The notes under the pieces are model-generated. The model had not been told where the DNA came from. It made no database searches and saw nothing but the letters and a program-made list of their open reading frames with translations. Positions 1-11,699 of a stretch of DNA of 64,000 nucleotides are shown here, one piece after another. The stretch comes from Felis catus (Eukaryota), in NCBI RefSeq assembly GCF_018350175.1, contig NC_058384.1, positions 69,006,001 through 69,070,000 on the forward strand, in the 5' to 3' direction. The position numbers and the translations under genes are program-made. How positions within the stretch are numbered: position 1 is the stretch's first letter; every line of letters begins with the position of its first letter.

Positions 1-362
1 GTAAAGAAATTCGATAAATCAAACCTCAATAGAGAATCTAGTGAATCCTTTAAAGAGGCTTCGTGAGGCCTGCCCTGCACCAGACCTGCTGGCCTGACCT
101 GCCCTGCACAGGAAGAGGACCATGACTGAGTATTGCTAGCAACACAGGTCCCAGGGTCATCCTGGCCTGTCTCCACCCTCAGGGATCCCCCTATCTTGCC
201 CTCCTTTGCCCCTGAGCATGTAGTCAAAGGCCCTCACGAGCCAGGGAACGCTGCAGGCTGGAGAGCACACCCAAGCAGGAGTATAGGGTAGCCAGATGGC
301 TCCTGGAACATCTCCCACAACCAGGTAAAAATGGGGAGATGGTGTCTGGGGAAGGTCAGAAA

Positions 363-1696
363 TCAGACCATATATCCCCATTGTGGCCACTGTGTCTGTG
401 TATAGGGAGGGAGTGGACCCTTAAGAGGTCCCTGGAGCCCAGGGAAATGGAGGCTTGGGCTCCCTTGCTCTTCTCTCGTTGCCTGGAGAACCAGTGGGAT
501 AGGTATTGGGGCTTCACAAGGGGATGGATGGGATAGTCCATGGGAAGAGGAACAGGGATGCAGAGGCCAGGCCCTCATCCCAGGTCCCAGCCTCTCAGGG
601 CCCCACTTACCATGCTGGTCTGGGCTGTGTATTGGCTGGAGCTACCTGATGAGGCTCCAGGAAGCCTGTAAGAGGGGAGGTAGGTGCTGCTGTTTGGGCC
701 TATGGAGGCCGGGGTCCTATGCTCAGCCAGAGCCTCTTGCCTGGAGGCCTGGCTCCTTCTAGGGCATGGGGCCACGGGGAGGGGGCGGCAATGTTGCCAC
801 TGGTTCCAGACCAGGTGTCGTGGGATTGCTGCAGGGGAGGGGAACAGGGAGCCGCCGACGCCCTGCTTTCCCTCAGGTCCTTGCTCAGGCCAACAGACAC
901 CCAGACGTTAGAGGAAAGTGTCGAGGGTGTGAGCTTCTCCCCAGGTTCAGGCCCAGACCGCTCCAGGTACTGCACAAACCCAACAGCCCTGATGGCCTCC
1001 CAGCCCCCACCCTTGCTCCCTCTAACCCATCTGCATCTCCCACCAGCGTTGTGTAAACCACCCCACAATTTACACGGCTCCCCACCACCCCAAGCTCTTT
1101 GGCGACAGACTGTGGGCTACCTGATCGTATCAGCGGTGTCTCCCAACCCACCTCGGAGGTCCGCTGTACACTCATTCCCCAGCATGCACAACACTTTGAG
1201 GCCTCTGTTTGTATTTGTTGTTCCCTACACTTGGCATGTTCTTCCCCCTCCTGTCCCAAGGCCCTTCTAACAAATCACGTTTTGGTGTCCGCTTGGTGAG
1301 CCCTTGGTAGACAGGTGGCTGAAGGAGGAGCTGGGCGGTATCTCCTTGTCCTTCTCTACCCTGGACACTCACCTGGGACTGAGGGTTGCAGAAGTGGGAA
1401 CAGGGCTGAGGAGATGCTGGGAACCAGGGTGAGCAGCAAGGGGGCCTAGAGGGCCCAAGCCCAGTAGAGGAGTTCCTTTTGCCCACTGCTGGGAATGAAC
1501 TCCTTCATGAGGTGGGAGGACAGCTACAGAGGGTCCGCGAAGACCCTCAAAGTGGCCTCCGGCACCAGGACGCCTCAGGGTTCCCTGACCACCAGGTCGG
1601 GCTGTGACATTTTCACAGTAAAGGTTCGCACAGATGCTGGTCTTAGCTCACTGCACTGCAGGCTGGGCAAGTGCAAGAGATGGGTGTAGAGGACAT
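363..1696 (-). CDS. Putative uncharacterised spliced ORF, 97 aa (coding exons 1696-1652, 1445-1373, 828-741, 665-611, 395-363; non-coding exon 1 ending at 1959)
   Basis: Five pyrimidine-tract AG acceptors and GT donors (one GC donor) on the minus strand. One reading frame stays open across all junctions and stops in the last exon. No recognised homology. Confidence 0.4.
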
Positions 1697-2032
1697 GGGG
1701 CAGGTCCTGACAGCCACCTGTGGGCAAGAGGAGCAGAGTCAGCAGAGTGGTGGGGTTGAAAGGACCCTGGGAAGGGGGCAGAAGAGGCTGACCTAGACCA
1801 TCTCAGTGGGTTATGGGAGGGTGGGGGGTACACGGGAAGTGGTCCAAAAACACCAGAATGCTTTCCTCAGGGCAAGTTGTAGGTCAACAAAAAAGGCTGG
1901 GGAAAAACCCGAGAAGGGTCAACCAAGGTCGTGTGAAGAGGGTAAGGAACCTACTCACCCTGTAGTTCCCTTTCCTTCTTCACAAAGCTGTCCCGGAGGC
2001 CTTGAGAGGTGCCTGTTGTAACCAGTGGAGAT

Positions 2033-2062
2033 GTTTGCATAAAGTTGCCGCCCACTGCCAAT
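2033..2062 (-). promoter_or_regulatory. Candidate promoter of the putative minus-strand gene: CCAAT box 2058-2062, GC box 2048-2053, TTTATGCAAAC (TATA-, octamer- or C/EBP-like) 2033-2043
   Basis: Motifs clustered 75-100 nt upstream of a strong donor AGG|GTGAGT at 1959/1958. Confidence 0.4.
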
Positions 2063-2212
2063 CAGCACCTCCCTCACAGAGGTCTTGGGAGTCTGGGCTC
2101 CACCTAAGGGGTTACAACTGGCCTTGTGCACATAAAAGTGGTTTCCACCTCTTCCAAGGACAGGTTAGGAATGCCTGTCCAAGCTAAAGACTTCCAGTCT
2201 CACAGTTCATTC

Positions 2213-2218
2213 TTTAAT
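2213..2218 (-). terminator. CHTOP: Candidate distal polyA signal ATTAAA for CHTOP (a proximal non-canonical AACAAA lies at 2787-2792)
   Basis: tttaat on the + strand. I saw no canonical AATAAA on the minus strand in the 3' UTR. Confidence 0.35.
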
Positions 2219-3795
2219 ATAAATATAAAGGGATCATAGTACACTCAGGTACCGTACCAGTTGGATTTTGCAAGCGCGGTTGTATCCTCCAACGCCACTT
2301 GGCTTTCTCATGTCCACACTTCTACAGGACTAAAACCCCTTGCTTTACAACCCAGAAGCTAAGAAGCCCAGGACTCAAGTCCAGGCTGTCTTAACCAAAA
2401 TTTCCTTCCCAGCTTGCCACATGCACAACCTCCCATTTTGGGAGCTAGGCACCTCAATGGCAGCTGGTTTGATAGAACGTTGTTAGGTTCTTCTTTCCCA
2501 AGAGGACAGTCCAGAATATTGCCAAAGAACGTTGTGCTGGAGCTTCCTCTGGGACAAACAGGCTAGTACCCTGGTTAATCATTCTACCATAGGTTTACTC
2601 AGGGGGCAAATTCTTCACTTTCTGCCCCAAAGCCTTATCAGTACCTGCCGCCCCACCCTGATTTTAAGACAACTATGAAGAAAAGGACTCAACTCCACAA
2701 AGGGGCAGGTCAGAATATTGTTATACTGGCCACAGCATTTCAAAGAGTCCAATAATAGTAGTAGGCCTGGCTAGATTTGAGAACAATTTGTTATGACGAA
2801 CCAGAAATACAAGATTCCACGGAGAACTGGAACAGTTGACAGAATATAGTTGAACTTAATTAAACCTTCAAGGGAAATAAAAAAGAGGGTCAAACAAAGC
2901 CACTGAACGGAGAAGCCCAAGATTGGTTTGGGATAAACATAAGGATAACAGCCTTTCAGCGTGGGTACCTTCTGAGGCCTCCCAGAAGGGATCTGCCAGC
3001 ATCCCATCCCCTTTTCTGAAGCATGTGCCAAATCAAATGGCTATTTCCTCTCCATTGCAGGTTTAAGCGAACCCAAAAGTATCTCTTTGGACAGGATACA
3101 AAGAGGAAAGTTTATACATCTAATTCCAGGGTAGAAAGTGCACACACCCGACCCAGCACACTCCTTATATGGTGTCAATGCCCACAGAAGTAACTTCAAT
3201 CAAATCAGAGGCACTACCATGTGTAACCTATGTGGTCCTGCGGCTATGTCGGTGTTCCTAATTAACTACGCTAAAAATATCAATGTAGCAGAATGCATTT
3301 TTGAGCTCCAAATTTTCTCAACACTTTTAAGAGGCTATTAAATGTAGAACAGAATTGTTTCACAGAAACCTAGGCATTAAGAAGGAACACTGATGGGCTC
3401 TTACTAGGCCTTTTTCACGGGAACACAGAGATGAAATGTTAGAACGTCAGAGCATAGAGACAGGTGAAGGGAGGCAGAGGAGGAAGAGAGTGTTCTAGCC
3501 ACAAGGCCACCACATTCATGTTCAAAGAGAAGTCAGAGCGATGGGGGTGGAGGAACAACCCAAACACAACCAAACAAAATCCAAGTCAGAGGAAAAAAGG
3601 GTTTCATACAACACAGTATCAAAAAAGTAAAAGGAACACACTAAAATGCACAAACTGGTGGCAAGTTAAGTCCATAGCCTATTGTGATAGGTCCTTCCAG
3701 CATCAATCAGGTGTCTTCTCCATCTGTTATTTCAAGGTTATTTACAGATGTGGTGACTTTTGAACAAGAGTCTCTCACAGGAGGGCGGGCAGGTT

Positions 3796-4001
3796 TCAAT
3801 CATTGGTTTCTGGATCTGTTTGTGCCATATAAGCATCCAACTCGGCATCCAGGTGTCCTTTTGTTTTTGACANNNNNNNNNNNNNNNNNNNNNNNNNNNN
3901 NNNNNNNNNNNNNNNNNNNNNNNNNNNNNNNNNNNNNNNNNNNNNNNNNNNNNNNNNNNNNNNNNNNNNNNNNNNNNNNNNNNNNNNNNNNNNNNNNNNN
4001 N
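3796..4001 (-). CDS. CHTOP: CHTOP last coding exon (exon 6); 5' part lies in N gap 3873-4020
   Basis: Visible 3872-3796 translates to (M)SKTKGHLDAELDAYMAQTDPETND*, the CHTOP C-terminus. The upstream boundary is inferred from the human exon length. Confidence 0.93.
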
Positions 4002-5627
4002 NNNNNNNNNNNNNNNNNNNAGAGAACAGTTACAAGTAGGTTTAATGGGTGCTACAGCAAATGCCCCTTAGAGCAGTGGGGCCTAGCTGAGAAAGGCTGA
4101 AAGGGCAGGGCAAAGAGGAGAAATCTGGAAAAACAGGAAACACATTGGGTAGAAAGCAACACATGGAAAGCACACATAATGAATCCCTGTTTACATGCTC
4201 ATCTCTAAATGCTATTTAAAGACTTTTTATTCTATTGACAAAAGTAAAATAACTGACAAAAGAATCTTAATCTCTCCTAAAACAAAGAAATTATCTAAAG
4301 TTGTGAGGCCCACTAGAAGTTTATTAATTAAAATACATTATAGATAATCCCATTTAGTAAGACAGGGAAGAAGGAACAAGGGCACAGAGAAACGGAGGTG
4401 TAAGGCTAGACAATTTTTAAGGTAAGCCTTATTTGAGAGCTTTCTGGAAAATCAGCTCATCTCTCCTCAAACTTACTAAAACTAATGAGCTGACCCCACA
4501 TCAGGAGACTGAGGAGTTACTATGACATAGGAACAACGTGAGAAGATGGGGAAAAATATTTATGGTAGTCCCAGCCACTTCTATCTCAGATTCTAATTGC
4601 CTTCTAACAATTATGGTTATCTGAGAGGTGGTTTCAATCCACTTAACAAAACATACACAGCTTTCTGAAAAGCTACTTTAGACCCCCCACCCACCCCTGT
4701 GATGTCAGAAACCAGGTCAAGATAATTTGGAAACATGCTATTTCATCCTGAAACCCAAACGAGCTTGTACTTCACTCAGTGAGCCAAACATATAATGGGA
4801 GAGAAGAAACTAAGCCCTTGGCTATCAAATTTCCTTTTCTAACAGTTATTGTCCTTTGGCAACTTCAAGGTCATAAATTATGGAAGACCCACCACACACT
4901 ATAAAAGGACCAAAGCCGATATACACAGGGGCTACAGGAATAGATTTGCTCCCACCCTAGACAGGTGTTGTTGAGAGTTTTCCACTAAGCTCTGTATCAG
5001 AAAACTCCCATGAGGTCTGGATTAACAACAGCAACACCATTAAATGCCTTTCCAATCTGGGTCATGATGAGGTCACAAGACAAGTAGCACTAAGTCTCAA
5101 AGGTAAGATTATCAACAAGAGTCAGTTAACTGACATGGTACCTTCTTGCTTTCTACCTTGATCAAAAAAGTCATCTGATTTCCCACAGACACAAACTTTA
5201 CCTTGAATTTACTTGGCTTCAACATCAATACCCAGCTCCAATCTCACCATCCTTTTCCACTCTTTCATTTGTGTACATCTCCCTCTTCTTTATTCTTATC
5301 TTGGACTCAAAGTGGGGTTTTGAGCTATGGGATGGGGTGTGTGGTGGTGGGGCAAGGACAGAGAAAGGTAAAACCTCAAACTGACCATCTTGTCATTTTA
5401 ACGATACAATTTAAATTTGCAAGAACCTGGAAAAAGACTGCATATGATCTGGCTCTGACATGTACCTGACTGGTTCTTAGACAACCCATGACAGACTTTT
5501 GCACTACCGCATGTGAATTTAGAAAGTAAGCCAGTTTCAAAAAACAAAACAAGACAAACAAATAAGCCTGCCTATGACTTGAAGCTGTGCAGAAAGGTGG
5601 CTCTGAGTTTTGAAGGGAGAGAAGTAA

Positions 5628-5855
5628 NNNNNNNNNNNNNNNNNNNNNNNNNNNNNNNNNNNNNNNNNNNNNNNNNNNNNNNNNNNNNNNNNNNNNNNNN
5701 NNNNNNNNNNNNNNNNNNNNNNNNNNNNNNNNNNNNNNNNNNNNNNNNNNNNNNNNNNNNNNNNNNNNNNNNNNNNNNNNNNNNNNNNNNNNNNNNNNNN
5801 NNNNNNNNNNNNNNNNNNNNNNNNNNNNNNNNNNNNNNNNNNNNNNNNNNNNNNN
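5628..5855 (-). CDS. CHTOP: CHTOP exon 5 (RG-rich), inferred inside N gap
   Basis: Not visible. The gap lies between exons 4 and 6, has a pyrimidine-rich flank on its upstream side, and is large enough for the ~138-nt exon. Confidence 0.6.
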
Positions 5856-6616
5856 GACTCTAACCAAAGGAAGGCGGTGAAGGTTAAATGAGAGTTAATT
5901 CAGTTAATTTTTAGGTTGGGGGGGGGGCAAGCTGCACACCACGTGTGAATAGATCAAGCTGCTCTTTATTCAATCAATTCAAAGTCTGACCACAAACCCA
6001 TTTTGGGAAGAAGCTGGGAGTTAAGTTAATTAGTAAGTATATACAATAAATATCTACTGAATAATCAGACATGTGCCTAGCATTAAGGTAGATTTAAAAA
6101 TCAATAATATGGTTCCTGATCTCAATACGTTCTCACAAGGGACAAGAACAACATGGGGAACAGCGTTAACAGTGCCCAAAATGTAACATGTAGCTAAGTG
6201 CTATGGACCAACTTATCCTCTCTTTTTTCCAAATAGAACAGCGTGTTTCACTAGTACTGGGAACAAAGATAGTTAAGATACAGGCCAACAGACCAAAAAT
6301 TTCTTAGATTTGACTTATTTCTAGAACTTGAATGTGCTTTTGATTTAAGCAGCAGCAGGGTGTTTCAAAATGGAATGGAGATGACATGAATTACCTGTTG
6401 TTACGCAGGTCATAGCCTCTCACCATTGCACATTATCAGAAAAGGAATGGTATCGATAAAAAACATGCAGCACTATTAAAAATACGTGATTTCAAAGGTT
6501 ATTAATTATATTAATACAAATTCAGGCTTAAAGATGTTAAACAAATGTGTCCATAAGCAGCCCAAGAGAAAAGGGAAGGGGTAGGGCCCGACAATGTTCA
6601 AGTACACAGCACTGAC

Positions 6617-6800
6617 CTCGGAGCGACATCCCGCCCCTAAGCAGGGTTCTGGTNNNNNNNNNNNNNNNNNNNNNNNNNNNNNNNNNNNNNNNNNNNNNNN
6701 NNNNNNNNNNNNNNNNNNNNNNNNNNNNNNNNNNNNNNNNNNNNNNNNNNNNNNNNNNNNNNNNNNNNNNNNNNNNNNNNNNNNNNNNNNNNNNNNNNNN
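6617..6800 (-). CDS. CHTOP: CHTOP exon 4; only the 3' 37 nt are visible
   Basis: 6653-6617 reads TRTLLRGGMSLR(G), followed by donor GAG|GTCAGT. The rest is in gap 6654-6833. Confidence 0.88.
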
Positions 6801-8165
6801 NNNNNNNNNNNNNNNNNNNNNNNNNNNNNNNNNCAAAAAAGCATTCCAGTGGCATCTAGCAACTCAAAGTGCAGAGAAAAAGAAGCAGTGAGATGGCTGT
6901 GTGCAGGGAGATAAACTTGCCGTAGGTGTCATATAAAGAACCTAATCCAGAAACTAGCCTTTGCCTCAGAACATGGTAGAAAAGAAGAATTCTGATCCAG
7001 AGCTTTTATGAAAGCTTGAGTATGGTCCCATGAAATTGGCATCAACACAAATCACCTCACTAGTTTGGCTACAGAAGCCATACGCCACTACATGAAACGT
7101 AAGTTTTAGTAAGAACTCTGTATTCCAAATCCTGGATTCTGTTTTTGAACCACAGGTCGACAAAGATATGACTGGATTCATACTTGCCCAAGGACTACCA
7201 CTGTCTTCAAAGGCTTACTCAAACACCAAATGAAGTTCATCACACTCTGGGAAAAATTTAAATTACAAGTTCATCTGAATTCTTGTCACTTAAAAACAAG
7301 ATTTGATTTTTCAGTCAAAGAGGCCAGTGTGTTCCATTTTTCCTCTGAGTATCTATCTCCAGACGATCCACTTTTTACCTTAAGATGTAAATAAACACAA
7401 AAAAGTCAAACCTTTCCTTACATTTCTTAAATAGCCATTAATTCCATGTCTACCCTTGCAAACAGCTCCATTAAGCCAATACAATAACTTTTAATTCAAA
7501 ATAAACATGTAACTCAACTGTATCTCCAGAGAGATAGCCAAACTTGTGTTGGAATTAAGACAGGTGAGCTATAATCACAAAACTAAAGGACATATTTGAG
7601 GACAAGGACATACTGCACATGGAGATATTCAATAATCTGTCCCTCAAAGAAAAACTATTAAGACCACATCTTAATAAGTTAAAAATCCTCCAAAAGAAAA
7701 GGATCCTTCAAATCCTTCAAAACTGTGTAGCCTCGAACACAACCAAGGCCCCAGCAAACCTGTTTTCCCACAAAACCATTAGCCAATAGGAATGAAAATA
7801 AATTCTGTATGTCCTCCTGCTTCACCCATAAATGACTACCAATGATTTTTTTATTAGCTTTCTAGCACAAGATAATAAGCTAAACAAAGGGGCAGTTTCT
7901 GAACATTATGCACTTAGGCATAACTGACCTTAAGAGCCTGTCATGTCACCCTGACAGCACACAATTAGGAAGTCAGGACTTCATTCATTTTCCAAATCTC
8001 TTATGTTCAGTGATTCTGAGCATATTCCCCCCAAAATCTGTGCTTTAGTGGGGAATGCACAGTGCTTACAAGTCCTCCCTTCTTAATCCTTAGCTGCCAG
8101 CCAATACTGGACTCTAACAGACAGGAAGCTTAAGGATGTCAACTATACCACCCCGTTTTCACTAC

Positions 8166-8362
8166 AGCTGTGCTCTACGCTAAGGTGGCCACTAGCCACA
8201 CGTGGCTATTTCAGTTACAAGTAAATAAAATTTTAAAAGCTTCTCAGTTACACCAGCCACATTTTGAGTACTCAATAGTCACACATGGCTAGGGGCTATC
8301 ATACTGGACAGCAGATAAAGAATATTTCTATCACTGTGTAAGGTTCTATTGGTCAGCTCTAC
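8166..8362. mobile_element. MER3/MER33-like hAT-Charlie DNA transposon relic (CHTOP intron 3)
   Basis: Internally palindromic gtggccactagccacacgtggcta...catggctaggggctatcatactggacagc, typical of MER3/33. Confidence 0.7.
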
Positions 8363-8406
8363 TCCAGAGGCTGCTTTCTGCACAGCTACATTTAAAGCTT
8401 CTTCTT

Positions 8407-8616
8407 GGGGCACTCAGTCAGTTGAGCACCCAGCTCTTGATTTCATTTCAGCTCAGGTCATGACCTCAGAATCTGGGAGTTTGAGCCCAGCATCTGGCTC
8501 CGCACTGAACGTGAAGTCTGCTTAAGATTCTCTCTCCCTCTGCAACCTTTCTCCCCTGCTCACATACACTCTCTTAACCAAAAAAAAAAAAAAGAAAAAG
8601 AAAAAAAGAAAAAAGT
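8407..8616 (+). mobile_element. CanSINE (tRNA-derived SINEC)
   Basis: ggggcactcagtcagttgagc head, ctcaggtcatga core, (ct)n and A-rich tail. Confidence 0.85.
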
Positions 8617-9596
8617 TTCTTGAAAGGTCTTCTGGAATGATCTGTCAGGGGCTTATCTTCAGCAATTTATAATACCTACTCTTGGAAAATGGTGGTGCCT
8701 TTTTTTATGGCTTTCCTAAGTCAGGGACAAAATAGAAGAACTCCCAAGGCTTAAGGTAGCTGAAGCAGAAGGCCTTGTTTATTTTTGGTCAGTGAGCCCA
8801 ACAGTTCAGGGTGGGGGTGGGAGGGTGTTATATTTAACTGCTGAATTTATGCACAGCCATGCAGTGCTACCAGTTAAAGTCCTTACAGTTGCATGGCATC
8901 GCCCTCCAGACGCCCAGCCACAGCTTGGACATATCCTTCCACAGCCACTCTCCGGACTCGCATATAAAGTCTATGAATAATAAAGAGCAGGTTTTATTTC
9001 AGGTCTGAACAGAATTCTCTCTTACTGGTAATTTGAAAGAGAACCCACTTATTCTTTAAGTACTCAGTGCTCTCACTCTATTTTACTGACAAAACTTTAG
9101 GTGCTGTGGAGATGAAGGCCACCCTATTCTTTCTGTATTTTAGCACTGAAAACGTTTGATTAAGGCTGTTCAGACTTCCTGTGCTAGGAGAAAAAAATAA
9201 AGTTATTTCCATAATTTGTAACTCATTTAACAGGGAATAAAGGATTTTCTGAGATCATCTAAAACAAATCAAAAATTTTTTTCTATTTTTTGGCTTCAAA
9301 CAAAAGACGTTTATTCTCTCACAGTTCTGGAGGCTACAAAACCCAAAATTTCTTTGTGGTAAAATCCAGCAAATCTACTTTAAGGCCAAAGGATCAGGAA
9401 AAAAGAGATCAATACTCATTGATAACATAGACACAGGTCATACTGATGGCAAACTACCTAAAAGAGAAAGACAAGAAGTTACTTATTGGTACCTGCTAAA
9501 ATGGGAATTCTCTGAACTTCTCTTTCCTCCAGAGAAGTTTCTGCTTTTGCCCTGAGCCACCTTGCAATCATCCATCATGTCCTGACAGCCTCAGTG

Positions 9597-10033
9597 NNNN
9601 NNNNNNNNNNNNNNNNNNNNNNNNNNNNNNNNNNNNNNNNNNNNNNNNNNNNNNNNNNNNNNNNNNNNNNNNNNNNNNNNNNNNNNNNNNNNNNNNNNNN
9701 NNNNNNNNNNNNNNNNNNNNNNNNNNNNNNNNNNNNNNNNNNNNNNNNNNNNNNNNNNNNNNNNNNNNNNNNNNNNNNNNNNNNNNNNNNNNNNNNNNNN
9801 NNNNNNNNNNNNNNNNNNNNNNNNNNNNNNNNNNNNNNNNNNNNNNNNNNNNNNNNNNNNNNNNNNNNNNNNNNNNNNNNNNNNNNNNNNNNNNNNNNNN
9901 NNNNNNNNNNNNNNNNNNNNNNNNNNNNNNNNNNNNNNNNNNNNNNNNNNNNNNNNNNNNNNNNNNNNNNNNNNNNNNNNNNNNNNNNNNNNNNNNNNNN
10001 NNNNNNNNNNNNNNNNNNNNNNNNNNNNNNNNN
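9597..10033 (-). CDS. CHTOP: CHTOP exon 3 (Q-rich N-terminal part), inferred inside N gap
   Basis: Not visible anywhere between exons 2 and 4. This is the only gap able to hold the ~154-nt exon. Confidence 0.6.
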
Positions 10034-10429
10034 ATAACAAGGGCTCAGGCTTTTAGAGAGGTGGAAGATATGAAAAACACGCAATAAGCAGATATGATGA
10101 CAACAAAAGACAGAAAATGTGGTTTCAAAGACAAACAAAGAAAGCCAAAATGTTGGGGGAACCTCAGGGTGCACTGTAAGAACAAATGTAAGGAAGGACT
10201 AGAGCACCTCACAGACCACAGAATTAGCACCCCCATATAAATCACAGGAGTGTAACATATTTTCTTAATAACATGTAATATGTAAATATGGAGAATAACA
10301 TGTAAATATGGAGAATCAGTGTGTATCACACCCTAAGATATAAGCAGCACATATGCTTCGGAAAAGGCAAAAATAAACGTCAATTAAATCTTTTAGTGAT
10401 CTAACATCAACTTAATAAAATCATTGGTC

Positions 10430-10610
10430 CGACTTTAGCTCAGGTCACGATCTCACAGTCCGTGGGCTTGAGCCCCATGTTGGGCTCTGTGCTGACAACT
10501 CAGAGCCTGGAACCTGCTTCAGACTCTAGGTCTCCCTTTCTCTCTGGCCCTCCCCCCACTTGCTCTGTCTCTCTCCATTTCGAAAATAACAAACATTAAA
10601 AAATAAAAAA
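10430..10610 (+). mobile_element. 5'-truncated SINEC_Fc in CHTOP intron 2
   Basis: SINE body flanked by a target-site duplication aataaa(a/g)tcattggtc at 10414-10429 and 10609-10624. Confidence 0.9.
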
Positions 10611-11341
10611 TAAAGTCATTGGTCAAAGGCAGTCAATAAAGAGCTCTCAGAGACAGAAACTGCTTTAAGTACCTTAACTTCTCTTAGGCTTAAATGATTT
10701 TTTCCTGATTCCCAGTGATTGCTTCTGAGAAAATCAAGATTAATTTAGTCACCGAACAGCTTGTGAAGACACTCTTCTATTATTCCTGTCGAAGTAAGTT
10801 TAATGGAACGAAAAAGAACAACACTTAACTGTAAAGGAATCTAACACAAAAACAAACTAAAAGCAGTATCGAAAGAAAGAGAAATGGAGCAAAGCAAGTG
10901 CCTCTTACAAGGCCCAAGAATGGCATTCGAGGGCCTTTGGACATTCCACAGCTTGCTGCCTGCCTCTTACAGACCAGACACGACACTGCCGGCCTCGGAC
11001 GGGGCAGCAAGCCCAGTGCAGCCACGGTACCATGCTACCGAGCTGCACCACCCCTGTATCAATGTAAAAAATGTGAAGAGAGAGAGGATGTGAGGAGTCT
11101 TCTTAAAATACATCCCACCAGAGAAATATTTCAGACAGCTTAACATAAAAATCTACTGACAAGGGGTTTTGAAACAACCGCCCAATTTGTTTTGTGTACC
11201 ACGTAAGATGCAACTAAACACAGAGGTCTGTAGCCTTCTGTTGGTATTTAGTTTAAAATTGGTTTTTGTGCCTTGGACCCCAGGGCCAATTTAAGTAATG
11301 TTTTCTTATGAACGAGCTGAAGTTGCTGTTGGCTGCCTCAC

Positions 11342-11406
11342 CGCTCATTTAGAGACATCTTGGTGGTGCTTTTTAGCACAACTTTCGGCGCTGACTGTGC
11401 AGCCAT
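11342..11406 (-). CDS. CHTOP: CHTOP first coding exon (exon 2 = 11423-11342)
   Basis: MAAQSAPKVVLKSTTKMSLNE(R); acceptor ctttgtag|, donor CG|GTGAGG. Confidence 0.96.
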
Positions 11407-11699
11407 CTTCAAATCCCGAGAATCTACAAAGGACAATAGGCAGAATGAGCAAGTCAGGAAAAGGACCTCCTCATTTCTACAGGCGTCAAGGGCTTCACCC
11501 AACAGCGAATGAAAAGAAAAGGCCTGTATCAACGGCGATGGAAGAGCCCACCAAAACGCATATCGGGCGCTTAAGTCTACACCATAGTTACCGCAAACCG
11601 CTACATCTCGAGGCCACAGGAAAGTGTCTTCCCAAACCCCCAAGATGGCAGACGCACGCCAAGCTGGGCAAGCTGAGGGGGGCTAAGTGCATCCAGGAC

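Noticed and set aside
719-1270. 183-aa plus-strand ORF
   Set aside because: Pro-rich and low complexity, with no supporting plus-strand exon structure or homology. It lies antisense to the better-supported minus-strand model.
759-2040. Alternative frame for the novel model starting at ATG 2040 (MQTSPLVTTG...)
   Set aside because: It stops in exon 4, well upstream of later junctions (NMD-type), and the ATG lies within the promoter motifs.
9541-9596. ATGATG/CTGA words suggesting a C/D snoRNA in CHTOP intron 3
   Set aside because: Box order and terminal stem are not convincing, and the region is cut by the gap.
3684-10174. ORFs in the track that span N runs
   Set aside because: Artefacts of X codons.
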